Origin: Mobula hypostoma
Taxonomy: Eukaryota
Assembly: GCF_963921235.1 (NCBI RefSeq)
Contig: NC_086108.1
Location: 27,592,001 to 27,656,000 of the forward strand
Direction: 5' to 3'
DNA length: 64,000 nt
Numbering within the stretch: the first letter of the stretch is position 1; each line of letters begins with the position of its first letter. The notes beneath the pieces were generated by a model. It searched no databases, was not told the origin of the DNA, and saw only the letters and a list, made by a program, of their open reading frames with translations. The translations under genes were made by a program, and so were the position numbers. Of the stretch, positions 39,031 to 50,990 are shown piece by piece.

Positions 39031-40887
39031 CGATTTATGTATTTAACAATATTGTAAAATCCTGCAACAGATGTAGATAATTTTTTCTAATTAAATGGGA
39101 GATTACTAATCCTTAGGCAAAAGAAGACAGCAGTACATGATCAGTAACTTGTTTACAAGACTTGTTTTCATGAAACCTGATGTGTACCACATCAAAAGCA
39201 ATGTGAACACCTTGTGAAAGAGATGAACGATGAACTATCTTCAGCTTATTGAGAGACATTGCTAGCTTACCTGATGAACTAACACTAACAGAAACAGTGA
39301 TCAAAACTGCATCAAGAAACTGGCAAGAACTGTTAGTGGGGAAGAAGATCTTAAAGATGGATCGATATAGACTTGTATTATGGGCATTAATGCATCACTG
39401 TTGTGTGTTTATGGAAAATTCTATTGTTGAAATTTCTTTGACCTTTGGGAAATGTGTGCAGCTCAGATTGAGGAAGTGAATATTCTGAAGAGAAAACTAC
39501 ACAGAACCCTTACATTGGGAAGTACTCAATGAGTCCTTTGAGCGTCGTAGTGAAGACAGCATTTCTAGTAATGATAACCTACTGGAACAGATGAAGGAGT
39601 AATAGTCTGTTCCCAAGGTGAGTCTAGGCAGGGGACTTGAAGCTGATATCTGTAGGAAGAAGCTGAGATAGAAATCTTTGCTCAGCAATAGTGTGATGGA
39701 TATTTGGTTTTCATCTCATGTTTGCTAATCTCGGCTTTTTAAACACAAGCAGTTGCCACTAGGAAGATCACAAACAGATGCAAGTAAACTTCCAATAATA
39801 TTGAGTTGTTTAACTTCTGGTCATAAATGGAAAGCAGTAAACAGTTTGAAGTTAAAAAAGTATTGTCTATAGAACAGTTTTGCAGATGCTCTCTGTCTGT
39901 GAGAAAGCATATTCTAGCTCATCACACCTGCTTCTCTGCTCAAAAGTAGAGTATAAGACAATGGGTTGTTTCAAACTGACAAATAGACTCTTAAGTTGCT
40001 CAGTTCAAGGAAGCCTGCAAAATAGATGGATATCATTTAGCACACCAATAAGTGATGTGTTTATAGCTGGAAAAGTTTTATGTACTCAAGAAAGTTAGCC
40101 TCACAGCATTTACATCACGAATTGTGAACTGTGAATGTTAAGCTGAAGCCTTCATCTTCTTAAGATGTTTTTAGACAGGTTATGTTAAAAGGATATACAG
40201 TATGAAGAAATATCATCTGAGTGTGAAGTCATCCATGCAGGAGAAAAAGGATATAAATGTAAAGAGTAGTTCAGCCTTATCAGGAAGGGGGTAGAAAAGA
40301 TCAAGAGGAAACCTGGAAGATGCACGGAGTGAACTAGAATCCATTCCTCTAGTTTCAGTTTCTGAGACAGATGGTTTGTTCATTTTCATCTCTTTAGTTT
40401 ATAGGAAATGTACTTGTATTTAGGAAATCTTTTATGTTTAAGAAATGCTTTGTGTTTTAGAAATGGCTTGCAATTCAGAAATGTTTAAGTTAGAAATCCT
40501 GTGTTGGTGATGTTTGGATTTAAACATGTATCACTGAAAATAAATTAACAGTTGAATAAACTCTTCTTGGTTCAGGTATCAATTTTAACTGATGTTGATA
40601 ACAAACTCTGCCATCTTCATGAAGGTAGCAGAGTTTGTCATTGAATCATTGGTTTAAATCGATAACTGTACCCAGCTGGATACCTGAGAGGAGTTACTTA
40701 TATCATACACACCAAAAAAGCATTAGATCCTTTTATGACTGATCTGTGTTTAAACTACTTAGTTAGCTGGAAGAATCTTCTTCTTGGAAGGGAGAGAGAA
40801 ACTCATTGCTCTAATAGTGGATATTGATAGTTTAACTCGCCATGGAGAATAAATAGTGAAGTAAACTAGTTTTTGAAGTTTGCATAG

Positions 40888-41303
40888 TGTCACACCTTGA
40901 ACTGACCACCAGATGGGGGCAGAAATGATGAGGCCAACTCTGTCTGCTCACCCATATAAGGCTAATTATTAGTTCATGGTTATCAATGGTGTCTTGTTTG
41001 TAGCCTTATGTAAGCTCATTGACCCTTATTTATTTGCTCGGTCTTAGAATAATCTTTTGTAAGTGAAGTTGCACCTTTGTAGGAATCTATAGTTTTTGGA
41101 ACTTGAGTTTATATTTTTTGGATTTTGAATTTGCCTGTGAGACATTTTAGACCCCCTCCTGAACCCTGCCTGCTATGGATTCCAGTAAAGCCTTGTTGGG
41201 TTTTATCCCTCTAATTTTGTGTGACTTTTCTCTGCAATTGGGTTCTATACTATTCAGTGTAAGGAAAGTTAAAACTGAAGAAGTTACCTAGTCAACTGTG
41301 ACA
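40888..41303. mobile_element. Solo LTR (416 bp) inside the foamy 3' LTR
   Basis: TGTCACA...TGTGACA termini; ATAG at 40884-40887 and 41799-41802 may be the TSD, displaced by the adjacent LINE. Confidence 0.65.
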
Positions 41304-41798
41304 GAGTTGTCCTGTCCAAGACCGGAAGAAGCTGCAGAAGATTGTGAACACAGCCCAGCACATCACACAAACCAATCTTCTGTCCGTGGACTCACTTTAC
41401 ACCTCACGCTGTCGGAGCAGTGCTGCCAGGATAATCCAGGACACGACCCACCCAGCCAACACACTTTTCGTCCCTCTTCCCTCGGGAGAAGGCTCAGGAG
41501 TTTGAAGACTCGTGTGGCCAGATTTGGGAACAGCTTCTTTCCAACTGTGATAAGACTGCTGAACGGATCCTGATCCAGATCTGGGCCGTAACCCCCAAAT
41601 ATCCGGACCTGTCTCTCGATTTTTTTTTTGCACTACCTTACTTTCCCTTTTTTATTTTCTATTTGTGATTTATAATTTAAATTTTTAATATTTAATATTT
41701 GTACTCCAGGGAGCGCGAAGCGCAGAATCAAATACCGCTGTGATGATTGTACGTTCTAGTATCAATTGATTGGTGACAATAAAGTATGAAGTATAAAG
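41304..41798 (+). mobile_element. Rex1/Babar-type LINE 3' end
   Basis: GRRLRSLKTRVARFGNSFFPTVIRLLN; AATAAAGTAT tail. Confidence 0.8.
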
Positions 41799-42084
41799 AT
41801 AGTTACAGTATTATCTTTCCTTAGTGAGAGTACTCATAGCAGTTCATATCTAAAAGGGTTTAAAGTCTTTGAGTTTAGAACTTCATGGTTAGCAAACCCA
41901 ATGCCATCGCCTTGTTGCATAGTATAATGTATTCCAAGCTCAACTAAATAACGTTTTTATACATAGTGCTAAGATAACAACTATATTTATTCCAATCTTG
42001 GTGTTTATGTTGTAACAAGCCTATCAAATGGGAAAACTACTTGTAATGTACAGTACACAGTGAAACTACTTGCAAAGATACATA

Positions 42085-43251
42085 CATCAGCATGCTATTT
42101 ATCGACAACAGCTCAGCATTCAATACCACCATCCCCTCAAGACTAATCAATAAGCTTCAAGACTTTGGCTTCAAAACCTCCTTGTGGAATTGAATCCTCG
42201 ATTTCCTCGCTTGTAGACCCTAGTCAGTTTGGATCGGCAACAACATCTCCTCCACAATCTCCATCAGAAGATATGCACCGTGAGGCTATGTGCTTAACCC
42301 CTGCTCTGCTCACTTACACTTATGACAGTGAGGCTAAGCACTGCTCCAATAGCATATTTAGGTTTGTCGATGATGCCACTGTCACTGGTCAAACCAAAGG
42401 TGGTGATGAATTGCTATATAGATTGGAGATTGAAAATCTGGCTGAGGGGTGACACAACAGCTTCTTACTCAATCTCAGTAAGACCAAGGAACTGATTGAT
42501 TATTGACTTCAGGAGGAGGAAACAGGAGGTTCATGAGCCAGTCCTCATCAGAGGATCCAAGGTAGTGAGAGTCAGCAACTTTAAATTTCTTGGTGTTACT
42601 CTTTCAGAGGACATGTCCTGGGCCCAGCATGTAAGTGTAATAGCAAAGAAAACATGCCAGTGCCTCAACTTCCTTAGATATTTGCAAAGAATTTGGCGTG
42701 ACATCTAAAATTGTGACAAACTTTATACAGGTGGTAGTGGAGAGTATATTGACCGGCAGCATCACAGCCTGATATGGAACCAGCAATGCACTAGAACGGA
42801 AAATCCTACAAAAGTAATGGATGTGGCCCAGTACCTCTAGATAAACCCCTCCCCACCATGAAGAGTATTGTTACAGGAAAGCAGCGTCCAATATCAGGAA
42901 CCCCCACCACCCACATACTCTCTTCTTACCGCTATCATCAGCAAGGTACAGGAGTGTCAGGACTCACATGAGTATGTTCAGAAATGTTATTACTCATCAA
43001 CCATCAGGGTCTTGAACCAAAGGGAATAACTTCACTCAACTTCACTTGCCCCATCATTGAAATGTTCTGACAAGCTATGGGCTCACTTTCAACGACTCAT
43101 CATCTCGTGTTCCTTTGTATTTGCACAGTTTGTTGTTTTTAACATATTGGTTGAATTTGCATGTTGCTGAGGTCTTTCATTGATGCTATGATGGTTATTA
43201 TTTTATTATGGATTTATTGAGTATGCCCATGAGAAAATGAATCACAGTGTT
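42085..43251 (+). mobile_element. Rex1/Babar-type LINE fragment (tail resumes at 45767-45828)
   Basis: [21 protein letters not shown] and FKFLGVTLSED; the 3' UTR is split by the CR1 at 43252. Confidence 0.78.
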
Positions 43252-45766
43252 ACATAGAAACATAGAAAATAGGTGCAGGAGTAGGTCATTCGGCCCTTCG
43301 AGTCTGCACCACCATTTATTATGATCATGGCTGATCATCCAACTCAGAACCCCACCCCAGCCTTCCCTCCATATCCCCTGACACCCGTAGCCACAAGGGC
43401 CATATCTAACTCCCTCTTAAATATAGCCAATGAACTGGCCTCAACTGTTTCCTGTGGCAGAGAATTCCACAGATTCACCACTCTCTGTGTGAAGAAGTTT
43501 TTCCTAATCTCAGTCCTAAAAGGCTTCCCCTGTATCCTCAAACTGTGGCCCCTCGTTCTGGACTTCCCCAACATCGGGAACAATCTTCCCGCATCTAGCC
43601 TGTCCAATCCCTTTAGGATTTTATACGTTTCAATCAGATCCCCCCTCAATCTTCTAAATTCCAACGAGTACAAGCCCAGTTCATCCAGTCTTTCTTCATA
43701 TGAAAGTCCTGCCATCCCAGGAATCAATCTGGTGAACCTTCTTTGTACTCCCTCTATGGCAAGGATGTCTTTCCTCAGATTAGGGGACCAAAACTGCACA
43801 CAATACTCCAGGTGTGGTCTCACCAAGGCCTCGTACAACTGCAGTAGTACCTTCCTGCTCCTGTACTCGAATCCTCTCGCTATAAATGCCAGCATACCAT
43901 TCGCCTTTTTCACCGCCTGCTGTACCTGCATGCCCACTTTCAATGACTGGTGTATAATGACACCCAGGTCTCATTGTACCTCCCCTTTTCCTAATCGGCC
44001 ACCATTCAGATAATAATCTGTTTTCCTATTTTTGCCACCAAAGTGGATAACTTCACATTTATCCACATTAAATTGCATCTGCCATGAATTTGCCCACTCA
44101 CCCAACCTATCCAAGTCACCCTGCATCCTCTTAGCATCCTCCTCACAGCTAACACTGCCACCCAGCTTCGTGTCATCCGCAAACTTGGAGATGCTGCATT
44201 CAATTCCCTCATCCAAGTCATTAATATATATTGTAAACAACTGGGGTCCCAGCACTGAGCCTTGCGGTACCCCACTAGTCACCGCCTGCCATTCTGAAAA
44301 GGTCCTGTTTATTCCCACTCTTTGCTTCCTGTCTGCTAACCAATTCTCCACCCACACCAATACCTTACCCCCAATACAGTGTGCTTTAAGTTTGCACACT
44401 AATCTTCTGTGTGGGACCTTGTCAAAAGCCTTTTGAAAATCCAAATATACCACATCCACTGGTTCTCCCCTATCCACTCTACTAGTTACATCCTCAAAAA
44501 ATTCTATGAGATTCATCAGACATGATTTTCCTTTCACAAATCCATGCTGACTTTGTCCGATGATTTCACCGCTTTCCAAATGTGCTGTTATCACATCCTT
44601 GATAACTGACTCCAGCAGTTTCCCCACCACCGACGTTAGGCTAACCGGTCTATAATTCCCCGGTTTCTCTCTCCCTCCTTTTTTAAAAAGTGGGGTTACA
44701 TAGCCACCCTCCAATCCTCAGGAACTAGTCCAGAATCTAACGAGTTTTGAAAAATTATCACTAATGCATCCACTATTTCTTAGGCTACTTCCTTAAGCAC
44801 TCTAGGATGCAGACCATCTGGCCCTGGGGATTTATCTGCCTTCAATCCCTTCAATTTACCTAACACCACTTCCCTACTAACATGTATTTTGCTCAGTTCC
44901 TCCATCTCACTGGACCCTCTGTCCCCTACTATTTCTGGAAGATTATTTATCTCCTCCTTAGTGAAGACAGAACCAAAGTAATTATTCAATTGGTCTGCCA
45001 TGTCCTTGCTCCCCATAATCAATTCACCTGTTTCTGTCTGCAGGGGACCGACATTTGTCTTTACCAGTCTTTTCCTTTTTACATATCTATAAAAGCTTTT
45101 ACAGTCCATTCTTATGTTCCCTGCCAGTTTTCTCTCATAATCTTTTTTCCCCTTCCTAATAAAGCCCCTTGTCCTCCTGTGCTGAACTCTGAATTTCTCC
45201 CAGTCCTCAGGTGAGCCACTTTCTCTGGCTAATTTGTATGCTTCTTCTTTGGAATTGATACTATCCCTAATTTCTCTTGTCAGCCACGGGTGCACTACCT
45301 TCCTTGATTTATTCTTTTGCCAAACTGGGATGAACAATTGTTGTAGTTCATCCATGCAACCTTTAAATGCTTGCCATTGCATATCCACCGTCAATCCTTT
45401 AAGTGTCATTTGCCAGTCTATCTTAGCTAATTCATGTCTCATACCTTCAAAGTTACCCCTCTTTAAGTTCAGAACCTTTGTTTCTGAATTAACTATGTCA
45501 CTCTCAATCTTAATGAAGAATTCCACCATATTATGGTCACTCTTACCCAAGGGGCCTCTCACGACAAGATCGCTAATTAACCCTTCCTCATTGCTCAAAA
45601 CCCAGTCCAGAATAGCCTGCTCTCTAGTTGGTTCCTTGACATGTTGGTTCAAAAAAGCATCCCGCATACATTCCAAGAAATCCTCTTCCTCAGCACCTTT
45701 ACCAATTTGGTTCACCCAATCTACATGTAGATTGAAGTCACCCATTATAACTGCTGTTCCTTTATT
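43252..45766 (-). mobile_element. Young CR1 LINE, 5'-truncated within the AP endonuclease
   Basis: MGDFN, LGKSDH, KSPGPDG and RT motifs, broken by a few stops or frameshifts; tail ACATAGAAACATAGAAA; TSD GTGTT (43247-43251 / 45767-45771). Confidence 0.95.
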
Positions 45767-46278
45767 GTGTTGTAGTATATGGCAACATATTTGTACTTTT
45801 ATAATGAATTTCCTTTGAAATTTGAACCATGTTCTGCTCTTGTGGGCAAAACTTGACCAAATAAGTTTGAAGTTTAGCACCTGATTGTGACAAATATTTT
45901 ACTAATGATAAATATAATTTGTGAGTATCTGTTTGCAAGTCAACATTATAATAGAGCATGATTTCCCTGCCCCATACTCTTCCTGTGTTTTATCTGTTAC
46001 ATCTGTGTTAAAGTGCAGAGCATGCAAAAAGAGAAGAGAATCACACCAGCAGTTCCCTGGGATTGTGCAACATAAGTCTAACTCAGCAGCCCCCATAATA
46101 CTAACCCAAGGAATCGAAGGAATGAGCTATAGCTCCTCTCAAGTCTGCTCCAACATTCAATATAATCATAGCAATCTGATGGATGACTTCAGCTTTCTTG
46201 CCTGATCCTCAGAATCCTTGATGCATTCCTCCTACCCCACAGTTGTCCAAAACTGCTTCGTTCTCGGTCTTGCATATA

Positions 46279-47913
46279 CAGTTGAAGTCAGAAGTTTACA
46301 TACACCTTAGCCAAATACATTTAAACTCAGTTTTTCACAATTCTTGACATTTAATCCTCAAAATCATTCCCTGTCTTAGGTCAGCTAGGATCACTATTTT
46401 AAGAATGTGAAATGTCAGAATAATAGTAGAGAGAATGATTTATTTCAGCTTTTATTTCTTTCATCACTTTCCCAGTGGGTCAGAAGTTTACATACACTTT
46501 GTTAGTATTTGGTAGCATTGCCTTTAAATTGTTTAACTTGGATCAAATGTTTTGGGGTAGCCTTCCACAAGCCTCTCACAGTAAGTTGCTAGAATTTTGT
46601 TCCATTCCTCCAGACAGAGCCGGTGTAACTGAGTCAGGTTTGTAGGCCTCCTTGCTCGCACACGCGTTTTCAGTTCTGCCCATAAATTTTCTATCGGATT
46701 GAGGTCAGAAAATGATGTCAAGTCTGGTTCATCCTTGGGAGCAATTTCCAAATGCCTGAATGTACCACGTTCACCTGTACAAACAATAGTACACAAGTAT
46801 AAACACCATGGGACCACGCAGCCATCATACCACCCAGGAAGGAGACGCATTCTGTCTCCTAGAGATGAACATACTTTGGCGTGAAAAGTGCAAGTCAATC
46901 CCAGAACAACAGCAAAGGATCTTGTGAAGATGCTGGAGGAAACAGGTAGACAAGTATCTATATCCACAGTAAAACAAGTCCTATATCGACATAACCTGAA
47001 AGGCTGCTCAGCAAGGAAGAAGCCACTGCTCCAAAACCGCCATAAAAAAGCCAGACTACAGTTTGCAAGTGCATATGGGGACAAAGATCTTACTTTTTGG
47101 AGAAATGTCCTCTGGTCTGATGAAACAAAAATTGAACTGTTTGGCCATAATGACCATCATTATGTTTGGAGGAAAAAGGATGAGGCTTGCAAGCCGAAGA
47201 ACACCATCCCAATTATGAAGCATGGGGGTGGCAGCATCATGTTGTGGGGGTGCTTTGCTGCAGGAGGGAATGGTGCACTTCACAAAATAGATGGCATCAT
47301 GAGAAAGGAAAAATATGTGGATATATTGAAGCAACATCTCAAGACATCAGCCAGGAAGTTAAAGCTCGGTCACAAATAGGTCTTCCAAATGGACAATGAC
47401 CCCAAGCATACCTCCAAAGTTGTGGCAAAATTACTTAAGGACAACAAAGTCAAGATATTGGAGTGGCCATCACAAAGCCCTGACCTCAATCCGATAGAAC
47501 ATTTGTGGGCAGAACTGAAAAAGCGTGTGCGAGCAAGGAGGCCTACAAACCTGACTCAGTTACACCAGTTCTGTCTGGAGGAATGGAACAAAATTCCAGC
47601 AACTTACTATGAGAAGCTTGTGGAAGGCTACCCAAAACATTTGATCCAAGTTAAACAATTTAAAGGCAATGCTACCAAATACTAACAAAGTGTATGTCAA
47701 TTTCTGACCCACTGGGAAAGTGATGAAAGAAATAAAAGCTGAAATAAATCATTCTCTCTACTATTATTCTGACATTTCACATTCTTAAAACAAAGTAGTG
47801 ATCCTAACTGACCTAAGACAGGGAATCTTTTCTGGGACTAAATGTCAGGAATTGTGAAAAACTGAGTTTAAATGTATTTGGCTAAGGTGTATGTAAACTT
47901 CTGACTTCAACTG
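46279..47913 (+). mobile_element. Tc1 transposon of the Sleeping Beauty (IR/DR) subfamily, defective
   Basis: TA TSDs; termini CAGTTGAAGTCAGAAGTTTACATACAC; transposase relic 46720-47685 with WSDETK, DNDPKH, SPDLNPIE (DD34E) and a KGNATKY end; two in-frame stops; N-terminal ~19 codons missing. Confidence 0.96.
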
Positions 47914-48058
47914 TACTTAATTACTCAATACTCCTTACTTTGCACGGTAGGATCTTTTCCATTGAACCAAAATTCACCATAAAGAATCCATTGGCCCAAT
48001 TATCTTGCACATTACCACAATCTGTTTGTGTTTTTTAACCACCAATCCCCTTATCTGT

Positions 48059-48620
48059 AGAATCAGAATCAGAATCAGGTTTACTAACACTGACATTGTA
48101 TTGTGACATTTGTTGATTTGCCGCAATACTGTGCAATGCATAAAAATTACTGTAAGTTACAACAAGAAGTATAGGAAAATAAATAATTAGAGAACAAAAA
48201 GTGAGGAGGTGCTTATGGGTTCACGGTTTGTTCAGAAATCTGAAGGTGGCAAAGTAGCTTTCACTGAAACATTGAGTGTTTACCTTCAGGCTCCTGTACC
48301 TCCTCCCTGATGGTATGAATGAGAAGAAGGCATGTTTAGAATGGTGGGGATCTCTAATGATCAATGCCACCTTCTTGAGGAATGGCCTATTAAAGAGATC
48401 CTTGATGGTCGGGAGGATAGTGCCCAATTTTGATGGAGGTGGCTGATTTTACAACCCTCTGTAGCTTTATCTGCCTCCATGCCAGACAGTGATGAAACCA
48501 GTCAAAATGCTCTCCATGGTACACCTACAAAAATTTGTTTTTGTGACCCACCAAGTCTCCTCAAACTGTTAATGAAATATAGCAAAAAATTGAAGCAATA
48601 TGTTGGGCCCAGGATAGGTC
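48059..48620 (-). mobile_element. Rex1/Babar-type LINE 3' fragment
   Basis: IIRDPHHSKHAFFSFIPSGRRYRSLK; (AGAATC)n tail at 48059-48078. Confidence 0.7.
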
Positions 48621-49126
48621 TTCAGGGAACAACATGATTAGAGCTGCTATTTCATAGCCTTAGCTAACCAGCTGGATCCTGAGCTCTGCCACAGTCTGAG
48701 ATGGATTTCTATATTCTCCTTGCCTGGGTTTCCCCAGTTCTCTGCATGGTTAATTGGTTCACTTAGTTTAATTGCCAAAGGAGAGTTATGAGCATGTGGG
48801 AGGACAGAAAGTTGTAGGAGGGATGGGGAATAAAGGAGAAGCAAATGCAATTGATGTGGTGGACAATGGGGTAAATTTCTTCCTTCTGTGTTGTAGTAAT
48901 TTGATTCCAATAGGCCTTAACCCCCAATTTTAATCTTGTCAATAATGGAGCAGAAGAATTATCCGAAAATAACATTGAATGAAAGTCGAGTTAATTTTCA
49001 AAGGCACAATTACATGTATGCAGATGCAATGAAAGACTTACTTGAACATGGCTTTAGAGATATTACATTCACAAGGAAAACATAAACTAAATTTATATTA
49101 TGCAAAATAATACAGGAGTATATTAA

Positions 49127-49243
49127 GGCTGGGGCGGGGTTCTGAGTTGGAGGATCAGCCATGATCATAATAAATGGCGTTGCAGGCTCGAAGGGCCGAA
49201 TGGCCTTCTCCTGCACCTATTTTCTATGTTTCTATGTTTCTAT
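49127..49243 (+). mobile_element. Very short CR1 insertion (3' UTR only)
   Basis: Matches 17985-18103, including the (TTTCTATG)3 tail. Confidence 0.85.
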
Positions 49244-50419
49244 GTGCAAAGAAGCAGTCCTCAGTGCACATGAAAGTGAGCAGAAGTAATGCAGATAGTG
49301 ATAGTTCTTGATCTCATTCAGGTACATCTATCAATTGCCCCACAGTCAACACACCAACGGCAGCTGTGGGGTTTACACCCACTGTGATCCACCCCTTGCT
49401 GGCTACCATATGTGGGAAGCTCAACTCAAAATGACCAACACTCAAGCCCAAAGATTAAAACCCACTGCCAACATTGGAGCTGCTGGAAATGATAACATAT
49501 TTCAGCAAAGATTTCAATGTGAGGGAAAATAAATGAATACATTTTGATTTACGACTCAGCCCAGACAGTGTACTAGTGTTGTTTAAGTTGTATTTGATTT
49601 AATAGGCTTAGAAGAATGAAGGATTCATTGGCATCCTGAAGTGACACTAATCACATATCAGCTTTCCCATTCTGACTTTTCAAATCTGTTCTTGCTCTAT
49701 GGATTTATGATCCTCCAGCACCAAGATTAATTTCCACAGCATGCAAGTTTCAATTTTCCATTTTAATGGGAAAATTGTTTGTTTTCAGAGAAAATATTGA
49801 GATCATAACATACAGAGAGCCTCCCACTAACTTCCGTTCTGCATCAGATTGCTGCAGTTGGAATATTGAAGCTGATTGATAACTTGGCTTGAATTATTAC
49901 AGATATTGAAATCAAGATTGGGTTAATCATTTACCTTGACATCAGGGTTCAATTCTTTTAAGTGTGCTAAATTTCAGTTTCATTTCCAGAACAATGACAA
50001 GAATTGAACTCAGTGCAGAGATCTGACTTGAAATCCTGTTGTGACTGTCATAAAAATTAAATTCAATTGATCTAGAATTTATAACAAATCTAGGCCCAAA
50101 ACCCTAGGGATTGCCAAAACAATCTACCCGTCTTATCAATGTCCTTCAAGAGACCGTTGTACTGTCTGGTCTATATGTGACTACAAACACGTAACTAGTA
50201 TAACGCACTACTCTGTTCAAGGGCAAGTAAGGAAATGCAAAAAATGCTGGTATTACTAGTGATGCCCAGGAAGTAAAAACTAAATAAATAAAATAAACGA
50301 GTATTGCATGTAACACTGAAGCCCAGTCTACTGATGCCTCTCCCAGAACTTCCTACCAAACACTGAAACTATTTAAAATTGAAAAACAGTTAACTTCACA
50401 AACAACATATCCTGAATAA

Positions 50420-50990
50420 AAGGAGAAAACTGGAGCACCCAGAAGAATTCTACAGAGTCATAGTGAGAATGGGCAAACTGCATACTGAGATCTCCAGAGG
50501 TCAAGATTGAACCCAATTCATTAGTGCTGTGAGATAGTGGGTCTACTAGCTGTGCTATTGCACTGCTATGAAGCATGGGAAGCCAGTCCAACTTCAAAGA
50601 AGATGACAGCTATTTAGCAGCTGAAGCAAAGGTCGCTACAAAGTCAAAGTAGCTCATGGTATAGCAGGATATGTGTCTTCTGCATGACCACCACACTTTC
50701 TTGGTAACCAAGTGCAGCAGTTTGGCACAGCTGGCAGAGTTGCTTCTTCACAGTGCTCAGGTTCAATCCTGAACTCAGGTGATAACTGTGTGGAGATTGC
50801 ACTGTTTTTACAGTGACAACCAAGATTTGCTTCAGGCTCTCTGCTTTCCTTCCACATACTAAAGATATACAAGTTGTTGGGTTCATTGGCCACTGTAAAT
50901 TGCTCTGAACTTAGTTGTGGTTAGTTGAATTTGGGAGGAGTTAATGTGAAAGTGGGAAGAATAAAATTTGGATACATGAAGGATGATGGG
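50420..50990. mobile_element. Two decayed tRNA-derived SINE fragments (~50420-50560 minus, ~50720-50990 plus)
   Basis: B-box-like GGTTCAATC in both (plus strand at 50760; reverse complement GATTGAACC at 50505). Confidence 0.5.

Larger units (their letters stand above)
26577..41909 (+). mobile_element. Endogenous foamy virus (Spumaretrovirinae-like) provirus, decayed and multiply interrupted
   Basis: Collinear order LTR-PBS-gag-pol(PR relic, IN)-env-accessory-LTR, with foamy-type motifs in gag, integrase and env (see sub-features). Confidence 0.85.
39692..41909 (+). repeat. 3' LTR of the foamy-like provirus (interrupted at ~40545-40740 and 40888-41798)
   Basis: Starts TGTGATGGATATTTG; collinear with the 5' LTR at roughly 80-87% identity in two ~90-bp blocks counted by eye. 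Confidence 0.82.

Noticed and set aside
41905..41916. Target-site duplication of the foamy provirus
   Set aside because: The 3' LTR end is degenerate and the flanks (TCTGT vs CCTTGT) do not match convincingly.
43321..45818. Plus-strand ORFs of 110-230 aa
   Set aside because: Antisense shadows of the CR1 ORF2.
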